From positions 1,728 through 65,727 of the forward strand of contig JAWLEI010000006.1 of the NCBI GenBank assembly GCA_041686195.1: a stretch of DNA of 64,000 nt, read 5' to 3'. The position numbers and the translations under genes were made by a program. A model generated the notes under the pieces. The model ran no database searches and was not told the DNA's origin. It saw nothing but the letters and a program-made list of their open reading frames with translations. Position 1 is the stretch's first letter. Each line of letters opens with the position of its first letter. The DNA is from Desulfovermiculus sp. (lineage in GTDB: Bacteria > Desulfobacterota > Desulfovibrionia > Desulfovibrionales > Desulfothermaceae). This document shows, in pieces, positions 28,501-36,210 of the stretch.

Positions 28501-29779
28501 GCTCACTAGGCTGGAGGCCTTTCTGGACAGTGCGGTGAGCGGGAGACAGGAAATAACAGCCACACCGCCCTTTATCCATTCAGTCAAAGGATTTCATCGG
28601 GACCGGACTTTGTACATGCCGCCCATGACTGACCATCTGCATGCCTTTGTGGCCGCCTTTCAGGCCAATGGGGTGGATGCCAGGCTGCTGCCGGCCTCGG
28701 ATGAACAGAGTCTGAATCTGGGCCGCAAATACACCAAGGGCAAGGAGTGTCTGCCTGCAGTCCTGACCACCGGTGATATCCTCAAAGCGGTTCAGGCCCC
28801 TGATTTTGATCCAAGCCGGGCGGCGTTCTTTATGCCTGCAGCCGGAGGGCCCTGTCGTTTTGGGCTCTATCATCAACTGCATCGTCTGGTCCTCAATGAG
28901 ATCGGGATGACCCAGGTTCCGGTCTTTTCTCCCCAACAGGGCAGTACCCTGTATCAGGACCTCGGTGTGGTCAGCAAAGATTTTGCCAAGCTGGCCTGGA
29001 AAGGGGTGGTGGCTGTGGACCTGCTGCTCAAGCTCTCTTTGGAAACCAGGCCCTATGTCCAGGATGTTGCAGAGTGTGAATCCTTATATCAGAAGTGGCT
29101 GCAGACTATCAGCAACGTTGTGGCCGGCAATGAAGATCTGCGGCCGGTGGTGCGGCAGGCGGCGGATGAATTCGCCCTCCTGCCCCGGAGGCAAAAAAAT
29201 TCCAAACCGGTCGTGGGTATTGTGGGTGAGATTTATGTCCGTTCCAATCCCTTTGCCAATGAATATCTGATCCAGCGACTGGAAGATCTGGGTATGGAGG
29301 CCTGGCTGCCGACCATTGGGGAATGGATCCATTATGTGAACCATAACGGCAAAAAACAGGCCATACGTAACCGGCAGTTCAAGGCCTGGCTGAAACTGGA
29401 ATTGGAATCGCTGATTCAGGGCCGCTTGGAACGCTCTTTGCTGCAGGCCGGGAACGGATGGCTGCGTTCTCTCCCCGAGCCGGAAACCAAAGAGCTCCTG
29501 GCTGCGGCCAGTCCATATCTTTCACCAGAGTTCGAGGGCGAAGCCGTGCTCAGCATTGGCAAGAGTGTCGATTACCTGGAAAAGAAGGTACAAGGGCTGA
29601 TCAATGTCATGCCTTTTACCTGCATGCCCGGAGGAGTGGTGGACGCTCTTTTGCCCAGGCTGAGGCAAAAGGCTTCCATTCCCATGCTCTCCCTGGCCTA
29701 TGACGGGCAGACCGAGACCAATATCCAGAACCGGTTAGAGGCCTTTGCCCATCAGGTCAGGCAGAGGGTGGGGGATTGA
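25580..29779 (+). CDS. 1399-aa fusion: two BcrAD/BadFG-type (2-hydroxyacyl-CoA dehydratase activase-like) ATPase domains plus a large 'CoA enzyme activase'-associated domain
   Basis: Two ASKHA-type starts (GLDVGSGTAKGV; GIDVGSVTTKMV) and two cluster-bridging motifs (NTVCAAGTGAFLEQ; NKVCAAGTGSFLEEQ). A long C-terminal region follows, typical of activase-related (DUF2229-type) proteins. Confidence 0.8.
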   Translation: MHAHIHFGLDVGSGTAKGVALDGDTQVCFSAYRPTQGRPMQTALDILQGLEETYAPEQIASLTCTGTGGKRIAALLEVGFVNEIICHAKGVEQFFPQARTIIDIGGEDAKLIIVRPGDKGRLSIHDFALNTVCAAGTGAFLEQQAARLGYDIETFSRLAEQAANVPTIAGRCTVFAKSDMIHLQQNGVLDDEIIAGLCFAIVRNLKTNIAKGKEIVPPLVFQGGVAANLGVRRAILELLVDSPDNLIIPEHFRVMGAVGAALQGQEEKQARGYPGLAALQKALSQKQPTTHRLPPLSGVKGPQEAEQALSGPVRPAARTGQREVILGIDVGSVTTKMVLLDAQATRDGVLQVLAKTYLSTSGRPLQAIATGLQKLQDQGPEQMKVQAVGSTGSGRALCSAYVGGDVVRNEISAQAAAATWLAPDVDTIFEIGGQDSKYIRLDNGVITDFAMNKVCAAGTGSFLEEQSHRLGISVQEFGDLALSAPAPVKMGERCTVFMQSDLVHYQQQAVEKADLAAGLCHAIVANYLNKVVEQRSIGHKIFFQGGTALNHGITAAFTQVLGREVIVPEHNEVTGAIGVALLAQRQHQGSSTFLGFDLSWREAQTKYFTCSGCANACEVQKIIFQGQSKPLYFGHRCERYDQVAVAGRDEILDGVQKRHELISAYARSSQTQDSQAKRIGLPRCLFFQEWLPFFSTLFSELGLEVVCSESTTRKQISIGSERMATEACLPMKAAHGHVQDLIAKGVSTIFLPQIRELPAWPGSNQTGNICPYVQSLPWVIRSAFALDTKGITLLSPVLRLGNGVTEDLRQWKDLARTLNLPWRRMRTALDRAEQAQREFAARLREYGQQVLQRVEGGERAVLLIGRPYNALDPGMNMNVPTKLRKLGMPVIPLDCLPLDEAGQDGSLDQMYWAFGKRILAAGSLLAAYPGLIPVFITNFSCGPDAFILHFFERQMGSRPFLELEIDEHTADAGVLTRLEAFLDSAVSGRQEITATPPFIHSVKGFHRDRTLYMPPMTDHLHAFVAAFQANGVDARLLPASDEQSLNLGRKYTKGKECLPAVLTTGDILKAVQAPDFDPSRAAFFMPAAGGPCRFGLYHQLHRLVLNEIGMTQVPVFSPQQGSTLYQDLGVVSKDFAKLAWKGVVAVDLLLKLSLETRPYVQDVAECESLYQKWLQTISNVVAGNEDLRPVVRQAADEFALLPRRQKNSKPVVGIVGEIYVRSNPFANEYLIQRLEDLGMEAWLPTIGEWIHYVNHNGKKQAIRNRQFKAWLKLELESLIQGRLERSLLQAGNGWLRSLPEPETKELLAAASPYLSPEFEGEAVLSIGKSVDYLEKKVQGLINVMPFTCMPGGVVDALLPRLRQKASIPMLSLAYDGQTETNIQNRLEAFAHQVRQRVGD

Positions 29780-29902
29780 AGAAGAAACTTTAAATCACAA
29801 ATTCCAAATTCCAAACAATCAGAGGGAAATTCGAAATTCCAAACTTGAAACGAAGATAGAGAAAAGAGGAGGTCCGCAGGAGCGGACAACGGCCGCTCCT
29901 GC
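29778..29902. repeat. module K, copy 2
   Basis: Colinear with 19696-19803. It begins within the activase stop codon. Confidence 0.75.
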
Positions 29903-29912
29903 GATCTTTTTT
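29876..29912 (+). terminator. rho-independent terminator of the activase gene (also the 3' hairpin of module K)
   Basis: gcaggagcgg-acaacgg-ccgctcctgc followed by gatcTTTTTT. Confidence 0.7.
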
Positions 29913-29916
29913 CCCA

Positions 29917-30507
29917 TCACTGTTCCCTGGCTGCATCGAATCCGAGCTGGGAGGCCTGGAGGTTGATGTCTACGATCTTGGCCGGCAGGTGGTTTTTGAC
30001 CGCCTGCTGCAAGGCCTGGAGGGAGAAGGGTTCCACCCCGGCCGCACAGAGGGCCCCCAGAAGAACCATGTTCGCGCTTTGGACCGTCCCGGCTTGGGCG
30101 GCCAGGCTTTTACAGGGCACAAAGCTGGCCCGGTTGGTGCATTTCCTGCTGCTGGCCTCCACAGTATCCAGATCCGGATACGTCTCCTGGCCTGAGCTGA
30201 CCCCTACAGGCACTGTGGGTTCGGTATTGCTGACCAGGATTCCGCCCCGGTGCAGATAGGGCAGGGCGCGCAGGGTTTCTAAGGGTTCAAAGCCAAGCAG
30301 AACATCGGCCTCTCCCGGAGCGATTTTAGGGCTCATATACCCACCCAAAAGCAAGGCTGATTCCACTATCCCTCCTCGCTGGGCCATGCCGTGGATTTCT
30401 CCGGCGCAGAGGTAAATGCCCCGGTCCATAGCCACCAGTCCCAGAAGATTGGTGGCCGTGAGGGTGCCCTGTCCGCCGACACCGGCCAAAAAAACGCGCA
30501 CTTTCAT
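29917..30507 (-). CDS. iorB: indolepyruvate:ferredoxin oxidoreductase beta subunit
   Basis: MKVRVFLAGVGGQG... The ATG at 30507 is preceded by AGGAG and lies 2 nt after the iorA stop. The longer tracked ORF (to 30777) is rejected. Confidence 0.8.
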   Translation of the reverse strand: MKVRVFLAGVGGQGTLTATNLLGLVAMDRGIYLCAGEIHGMAQRGGIVESALLLGGYMSPKIAPGEADVLLGFEPLETLRALPYLHRGGILVSNTEPTVPVGVSSGQETYPDLDTVEASSRKCTNRASFVPCKSLAAQAGTVQSANMVLLGALCAAGVEPFSLQALQQAVKNHLPAKIVDINLQASQLGFDAAREQ

Positions 30508-30511
30508 TCTC

Positions 30512-32350
30512 TTAGCTCCTTTTCCTGGCTTTAATGGTCGGAGAAATCTGCACACAGAGCATGCACCCGGTACAGAGGTGGTCATCAATCCGTATTTCCC
30601 CATCCTGGACATAAAAGGCCGGACAGGCCAACTCCTCGAGGCAGCGGCGGACGTCCTCGTTTTGCTCAGCCACATAGGCAGTCTGGAGATTCTGTCTGCC
30701 CAGGGTCCGGCGGGCAAAGAGAACACAGGGTTCCCTGGCAATGATGACCCGCACTCCGGACATCTCTTTGTAGGCATGCAGGGTTTCCAGGCTCTTTTTC
30801 AGGTTCGAGGGCCGAATGGTGCTGACCTCCTGTACCCCGCAGCCGCGGACCACCTGCTCAATATCTACCAGGGAGGGATTCGGACCGAAGCGGGTCTGAG
30901 CTACACCTGGATGCGGCTGATGACCGGTCATGGCCGTGGTTTCATTGTCCAGGATGATGAGCAGGAGATCATGCTGATTATGGACCGCGTTGATCAATCC
31001 GGTAATTCCAGAATGAAAGAAGGTGGAGTCCCCGATATACGCCACCACCGGTCGAGCCGTGGCCTGCGCCATCCCTGTGCCGCCGGAGACCGAAGAACCC
31101 ATGCACAGTAAAAAGTCAGCAGCCCGCAGAGGGGGGAGAAACCCCAGGGTGTAACAGCCGATATCTGAGGAGTAGATGGCAGCATCCCCAAAGACCTGGC
31201 GCACGGCATAGTACATGGAGCGATGGGAGCATCCTGGGCACAGGTTTGGAGGCCGGCCGGGCAGGTTTTCCTGGCTGGGGCACAGATCGGGTTCTTCTGG
31301 CCCATGTCCCAGAAAGCGGAGCAGGGCTTGGCGTACAGCCTGAGTGGAGTATTCACCCAGCCGGGTCAAGTGGTCATCCTTGCCCTGGACCTGGACATCC
31401 AGGCTGTGCTTTTGACACAATATGCGCACCTGTTCTTCCAGGATGGGCTCCAGCTCTTCCAGAATCAGGACAGACTCTACTCTTTGCAGCAGGTCAAGCA
31501 TGGCCTGTTCCGGGAAGGGATGAGTAATTCCCAGCTCCAAGACCTGAAACGAGCCGGCCAACTCCAGATCGGACAGGGCATCGTGCAGATAGGCCCGGGA
31601 AATGCCGGAGGCGATGATACCTTGCTTTCCCTGGCCGGAGTGTCTGGTCCAGGAAGACTGTTCGATTTCGGCCTGAATGGAGGACAGGGCTTGCAGCAGG
31701 GCAGGATGACGCTGGCGGGCGATAGCTGGCAAAGGGACGAACCTGGATGGGTTTTTGCTAAAGGTTCCCCGAGGCTGAGCTGGACGCAGGGGGCCGAAAA
31801 CAACCGGGCCCCGAAGATGGTTGATCCGGGTCGTGGTCCGGAGGAGCACCGGTTGCTGCCATTTGGCGGACAGGAGCAGGGCGTCCCTGGTCATGTCCTT
31901 GGCTTCCTGGGCCGAGGCAGGTTCAAAACAGGGCATCCCGGCCAGCCGGGCGTAATAACGGTTATCCTGTTCGTTCTGGCTGGAATGGCAACCGGGATCA
32001 TCCGCGCTGAGCAGGACCAGACCGCCAGGGGTGCCGATATAGGCCAGAGTCATCAGGGGGTCTGCGGCTACATTGACCCCCACATGTTTCATGGTCACCA
32101 GAGTTGGAACTCCGCCGAGAGCAGCGCCCCCGCCAACTTCCAGGGCCACTTTTTCGTTGACAGAATATTCAAAATAAAAATTTCCTTCTCCGGACAGGCC
32201 GAAAAAAGTATCCGGGACCTCAGAAGACGGAGTGCCGGGATAGCAGGTTACACATCCCACCCCAGCTTCCAGGGCTCCCCGGGCAATCGCCTCATTGCCC
32301 AGCAGAAGATGGGTTGATCCCTGTTCAGCTGTCAAAAGAGAATGCGTCAT
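30512..32350 (-). CDS. iorA: indolepyruvate:ferredoxin oxidoreductase alpha subunit (TPP-dependent, C-terminal 4Fe-4S)
   Basis: 2-oxoacid:ferredoxin oxidoreductase layout, TPP region GDSTFFHSG, and C-terminal CTGCMLC. Confidence 0.85.
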   Translation of the reverse strand: MTHSLLTAEQGSTHLLLGNEAIARGALEAGVGCVTCYPGTPSSEVPDTFFGLSGEGNFYFEYSVNEKVALEVGGGAALGGVPTLVTMKHVGVNVAADPLMTLAYIGTPGGLVLLSADDPGCHSSQNEQDNRYYARLAGMPCFEPASAQEAKDMTRDALLLSAKWQQPVLLRTTTRINHLRGPVVFGPLRPAQPRGTFSKNPSRFVPLPAIARQRHPALLQALSSIQAEIEQSSWTRHSGQGKQGIIASGISRAYLHDALSDLELAGSFQVLELGITHPFPEQAMLDLLQRVESVLILEELEPILEEQVRILCQKHSLDVQVQGKDDHLTRLGEYSTQAVRQALLRFLGHGPEEPDLCPSQENLPGRPPNLCPGCSHRSMYYAVRQVFGDAAIYSSDIGCYTLGFLPPLRAADFLLCMGSSVSGGTGMAQATARPVVAYIGDSTFFHSGITGLINAVHNQHDLLLIILDNETTAMTGHQPHPGVAQTRFGPNPSLVDIEQVVRGCGVQEVSTIRPSNLKKSLETLHAYKEMSGVRVIIAREPCVLFARRTLGRQNLQTAYVAEQNEDVRRCLEELACPAFYVQDGEIRIDDHLCTGCMLCVQISPTIKARKRS

Positions 32351-32409
32351 AATCAGCTCACCTCAGGTATGAAGTTTTTTTTCGTTTGAAAATTCAATGT
32401 TTTTGGGTT

Positions 32410-33090
32410 TTATGACTCTTGCGAGTTCACTTTGTCTTTCATGAGCGTAATTTTGTGCTCAATAAATTCATCCCGCTGGGACGTGAGGTCTGCCATCTTG
32501 GCGACCTTTTGATAAGCCGCAAGGGCCGTTTCCCAGTTCTCAGCCTTTTCGGCAATCGTAGCCATCTTGAGGTTTAAATTGCGCTGATAGCGTTCAGGGG
32601 CCTGGGAGGCATTATCCTGCAGTAGATCCAGGGCCTGTGCATTCTTGTCCTGACCGGCCAGGGCAGAGGCTTGACCCAGGACAGCAATTATCTGCAGATC
32701 CTGGTCTGTGGAATCTTTTCGAATATGCTGCCAATGGGAGGCTGCCCGATCAAAAAGCTCTTCCTGCATGCATAATCTGGCCAGCTGCAGACGCAGGCCG
32801 GTCTTCATTTCTTTCGGGGCCTGGGGTAAAAATTCTGCCAGGGATTCAATCCTGGCCTGCCCTTGTTCTTCGGTCATAATTTGGTCGACGCTTTGCTGTG
32901 CATTGCGCAGAGTGCGGTCTTTGTAGTAGGAGTAGCCGCTAAACAGGGCGGCAATAACAATGATAGCGGCCAGAACAAGGCCAATGATCTTGATATTTTC
33001 GGTGACAAACCTGGTCCACCCGGAAGCCGGGGGCACGTTGGTCTGAGCGGCTTTGTTTTCCGGGGTCTGATCTTGACGGGAAGCGGACAT
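32410..33090 (-). CDS. membrane-anchored TPR-like protein (YfgM-like architecture)
   Basis: One TM helix (IIGLVLAAIIVIAALFSGY) followed by a helical-repeat region. AAGGAG precedes the ATG at 33090. Confidence 0.5.
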   Translation of the reverse strand: MSASRQDQTPENKAAQTNVPPASGWTRFVTENIKIIGLVLAAIIVIAALFSGYSYYKDRTLRNAQQSVDQIMTEEQGQARIESLAEFLPQAPKEMKTGLRLQLARLCMQEELFDRAASHWQHIRKDSTDQDLQIIAVLGQASALAGQDKNAQALDLLQDNASQAPERYQRNLNLKMATIAEKAENWETALAAYQKVAKMADLTSQRDEFIEHKITLMKDKVNSQES

Positions 33091-33284
33091 TTGGGACTCC
33101 TTATCCAATAAGTTCCTTTGATGGGCATACAACACATTCGATTCGTATACGCAGATCAGGGGCGGCTGCAGGGGATGAATCGCATCCACCCCGGCCCCAG
33201 ACATGCTTCAGCAGATGCAAGCCAGAACGTTGTAATCAGAATGGAGTCAAAGGTCAAAGGATAAACCCAGGGAACGAAGAGGAT

Positions 33285-33450
33285 AGGCTGGGCCTCGGAG
33301 AGGGCCAGCCCTACTCGGAAAAGCCAGAGCTACCTGTAGGCCGCAGATGCCAGTTTGATCCAGGATGAAACGTGTGCTTTGGCAAGGGGCAAATAATTAT
33401 TCGCCTTTTTGGCCAAGCCAGCGACCAGGGTTGAGTCTTGTTTTATATGA
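33285..33450. repeat. mosaic repeat: a partial module L (inverted) joined at ATGAAAC (33365-71) to module P and a GGCCAAGCCAGC...TTGAG...TGTTT segment
   Basis: 33285-33345 matches 54650-54735. 33349-33410 matches 57643-57715. 33411-33450 matches 61216-61256. Confidence 0.75.
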
Positions 33451-33506
33451 AGAACCAGCACTGTTCTTCGAGAATCACAGCAGATAAGGAAAGGAGAGGA
33501 ATCGGC

Positions 33507-34259
33507 ATGGAGGTTGTCTTTTTGGGTGTTGGCGAGGCCTGTGACGAAGAGATTGGGAATACTTCGCTCTTGGTGCACACGAACAATGCCTGCATCCTTC
33601 TGGATTGCGGATTCAGTGTGGCCCATGCCCTCTTTTCTGAGCTTCAAGCCCCAAATGAGCTGGATGCAGTCTGGATTTCCCACTTTCACGGCGATCACTT
33701 CTTCAGCCTTCCCTTGCTCCTGCTTCGTTTGTGGGAGACGAAAAGGGACAAGACCTTAAGCATCATCGGCCCGCCCGGGGTTGAAGAGGTGATAACCCAG
33801 AGCGTCCGCTTGGCGTATCCCGGATTTTGGGACAAATTTTCCTTTCCCATCCAGTTTCACCACTTGGAGCCGGGAATACCGCACCAACAACTTGGCTGTT
33901 CCTGGCAGACGGCCTGGACAGAGCATTCCCGCCCCAATCTGGGACTTCGCCTGGATGAAGACCGGTCCAGCCTGTATTACAGTGGGGACGGGCGGCCTGG
34001 AACAGGGACCCGGGATCTGGCAAAGGGCTGCTCCATGCTGGTGCACGAAGGGTTCAGGGTCGATCAAAGTGTTCATGGACACGGCACGGTGCTAGAGGTC
34101 ATGAATCTGGCCGTGCAGGCCCGGGCCGGCCGCCTGGCGGTGGTCCACATGCAGCGTGATGAGCGAAAGAAAAATGCCGATCAGGCCCGCTCCATGCTGG
34201 AAGGCATGGACAATGTGCAGGGCTTTTTGCCCCAGCCTGGGGAGAGAATAAGGATTTAA
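33507..34259 (+). CDS. MBL-fold metallo-hydrolase (RNase Z-like)
   Basis: HFHGDH motif and an MBL beta-lactamase-fold pattern. AAGGAGAGG precedes the ATG at 33507. Confidence 0.75.
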   Translation: MEVVFLGVGEACDEEIGNTSLLVHTNNACILLDCGFSVAHALFSELQAPNELDAVWISHFHGDHFFSLPLLLLRLWETKRDKTLSIIGPPGVEEVITQSVRLAYPGFWDKFSFPIQFHHLEPGIPHQQLGCSWQTAWTEHSRPNLGLRLDEDRSSLYYSGDGRPGTGTRDLAKGCSMLVHEGFRVDQSVHGHGTVLEVMNLAVQARAGRLAVVHMQRDERKKNADQARSMLEGMDNVQGFLPQPGERIRI

Positions 34260-34268
34260 TTCAATTAT

Positions 34269-34308
34269 TGTCATTTTGGAGCGCCTGCGCAGGCGCTCCA
34301 AAATGACA
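34269..34308. repeat. perfect 40-bp palindrome abutting the proA ribosome-binding site
   Basis: tgtcattttggagcgcctgc|gcaggcgctccaaaatgaca. It is followed immediately by GGGAGG and the proA ATG at 34322. Confidence 0.9.
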
Positions 34309-34321
34309 GGGAGGTCTGGAT

Positions 34322-35575
34322 ATGACTGATCAGATTCAAACTATGGCCCAAGAGGTCAAGCAGGCCTCACGAGTACTGGGCGTCCAATCCAGTCAAGTGA
34401 AAGATAAGGCCTTACACCGCCTGGCCGAGCTTTTGGAGAGAGAAGGCCAGGACGTCCTGGAGGCCAATGCCCAGGATCTGACTCAGGCTGAAGAGATGGG
34501 CCTGAGCGCAGCCATGCTGGATCGACTGCGACTAAATCAGGCCGCACTGACGGGCATGGCCCAGGCCAGCAGGGGGGTGGCCGGCCTGGAGGATCCGGTG
34601 GGAGGTATAGAACAGATGTACAAACGGCCCAATGGGATGCGCGTGGGCCGGATGCGCATTCCCTTGGGCGTGGTGGCCATGATCTATGAATCCAGACCCA
34701 ACGTGACTGTGGATGCGGCCATTTTATGCCTTAAGGCCGGAAACGGGTGCATCTTGCGCGGGGGATCCGAGGCCTTTGCTTCCAATCAGGCCTTGGGCAG
34801 ACTGATTTCCAAAGCCCTGCTGGAGGCCGGTCTGCCTGGACAGACAGTACAGGTGGTGCCGAGCACGGATCGGGAGGCAGTAAATACCTTGCTCAGCCTG
34901 GACGAGTATATCGACGTGGTGATTCCCAGGGGAGGGGAAGGGCTGATCCGGGCCGTAACCAGCCAGGCCACCATGCCGGTGCTCAAGCACTATAAAGGTG
35001 TCTGCCACATTTATGTGGACGAGACAGCCGATCTGGAACAGGCCCTGACAATTGTTCAAAATGCCAAGGTACAGCGGCCGGGTGTATGTAACGCCCTGGA
35101 ATGCCTTTTGGTTCATAAAAATGTCGCCCGGGAGTTTCTGCCCCTGCTGGCCTCCAGGCTGGATCAGGATGGAGTGGTGTTCAAGGCCGACCCGGAAGCA
35201 GCCGTTTTTCTGGGAGACACGGCCGAGCCGGCCCAGCCTTCCGATTTTGGCCACGAATTCCTGGATCTGACTCTGGCTGTGCGGGTGGTTGAAAATCAAG
35301 ATCAGGCCCAGGAGCATATAGCCAAATACGGTTCAGGACATACTGAAGCCATCCTGACCACCAGACATGACCGGGCCATGCGCTTTATGCAGGAAGTAGA
35401 TGCTTCCCTGGTGGCGGTCAACGCGTCAACCCGATTCAATGACGGCGGTCAGTTGGGGCTGGGTGCGGAAATCGGGATCTCCACCTCCAAGCTGCATGCC
35501 TACGGGCCCATGGGCATAAAAGAGTTGACCAGCACCAAATTTGTCCTCCTGGGCCAGGGGCAGATCCGGGAGTAG
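34322..35575 (+). CDS. proA: gamma-glutamyl phosphate reductase
   Basis: Full-length similarity to ProA (aldehyde dehydrogenase fold, ...VCNALE..LVH...). Confidence 0.95.
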   Translation: MTDQIQTMAQEVKQASRVLGVQSSQVKDKALHRLAELLEREGQDVLEANAQDLTQAEEMGLSAAMLDRLRLNQAALTGMAQASRGVAGLEDPVGGIEQMYKRPNGMRVGRMRIPLGVVAMIYESRPNVTVDAAILCLKAGNGCILRGGSEAFASNQALGRLISKALLEAGLPGQTVQVVPSTDREAVNTLLSLDEYIDVVIPRGGEGLIRAVTSQATMPVLKHYKGVCHIYVDETADLEQALTIVQNAKVQRPGVCNALECLLVHKNVAREFLPLLASRLDQDGVVFKADPEAAVFLGDTAEPAQPSDFGHEFLDLTLAVRVVENQDQAQEHIAKYGSGHTEAILTTRHDRAMRFMQEVDASLVAVNASTRFNDGGQLGLGAEIGISTSKLHAYGPMGIKELTSTKFVLLGQGQIRE

Positions 35576-35577
35576 CT

Positions 35578-36210
35578 ATGAAAGCAGGTCTTTTGGGCGG
35601 CAGCTTCAATCCTGTCCATAACGGCCATCTGCGTCTGGCACTTGAGGCCCTGGAACAGGGGGGACTTGATCGGGTGGAGTTGGTCCCGGCCTTTATTCCG
35701 CCGCATAAAGACGCGCATCAGGTGCCCAGCTTTGCCACCCGCTGCCAGCTGATCGAAGCGGCCATTGAGCATATGCCCGGCCTGGTTATAAACCGCATGG
35801 AAGGACAGAGATCCGGGCCCTCTTACACAGTAGACACTCTTGATACCTATCATCGCCTGCATCCGGGCCGGGAAACATATTTCCTCATCGGCTGCCCGGA
35901 TTTTGTTCAACTCCCGAAATGGCATCAGTGGGAACGCCTGCTCGAGCTGACGCATTTTATTGTTGTGGCCAGGGAAGAAGGGGATGAGCAGGCCTTGTCC
36001 AGTTTTGTGGCCACTTCCCTGTCCCGGAGGACGAGAAAAGATCAAAACACCTGGCTTCTGCCCTCAGGCTATAGCATCTGGATGATGCATGCACCTCTGC
36101 TGGAGATCAGCAGTTCCCTGATTCGGGGAAAAATAACTCAGGGCAAGAGTATCCGCTATCTGGTGCCTGATGCGGTCTGGGTTGAGCTGAGCGGATCTGA
36201 CCGGAACTAA
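35578..36210 (+). CDS. nadD: nicotinate-nucleotide adenylyltransferase
   Basis: GGSFNPVHNGHL (H/TxGH) motif and a C-terminal ISSSLIR motif. Confidence 0.9.
   Translation: MKAGLLGGSFNPVHNGHLRLALEALEQGGLDRVELVPAFIPPHKDAHQVPSFATRCQLIEAAIEHMPGLVINRMEGQRSGPSYTVDTLDTYHRLHPGRETYFLIGCPDFVQLPKWHQWERLLELTHFIVVAREEGDEQALSSFVATSLSRRTRKDQNTWLLPSGYSIWMMHAPLLEISSSLIRGKITQGKSIRYLVPDAVWVELSGSDRN

Noticed and set aside
30508-30777. N-terminal extension of the iorB ORF. Similar extensions occur at 10917-11078 (HD gene), 33091-33204 (TPR gene), 13119-13190 (phasin), 14082-14192 (kinase) and 15778-15825 (dtd).
   Set aside because: The extensions overlap the 3' end of the upstream gene in another frame and lack homology-like sequence. 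In every case an internal ATG with a good Shine-Dalgarno sequence sits right after the upstream stop.
31223-32317. A 364-aa ORF on the plus strand
   Set aside because: It is antisense to iorA (TPP enzyme motifs on the minus strand) and has no motifs of its own. It is a shadow ORF.
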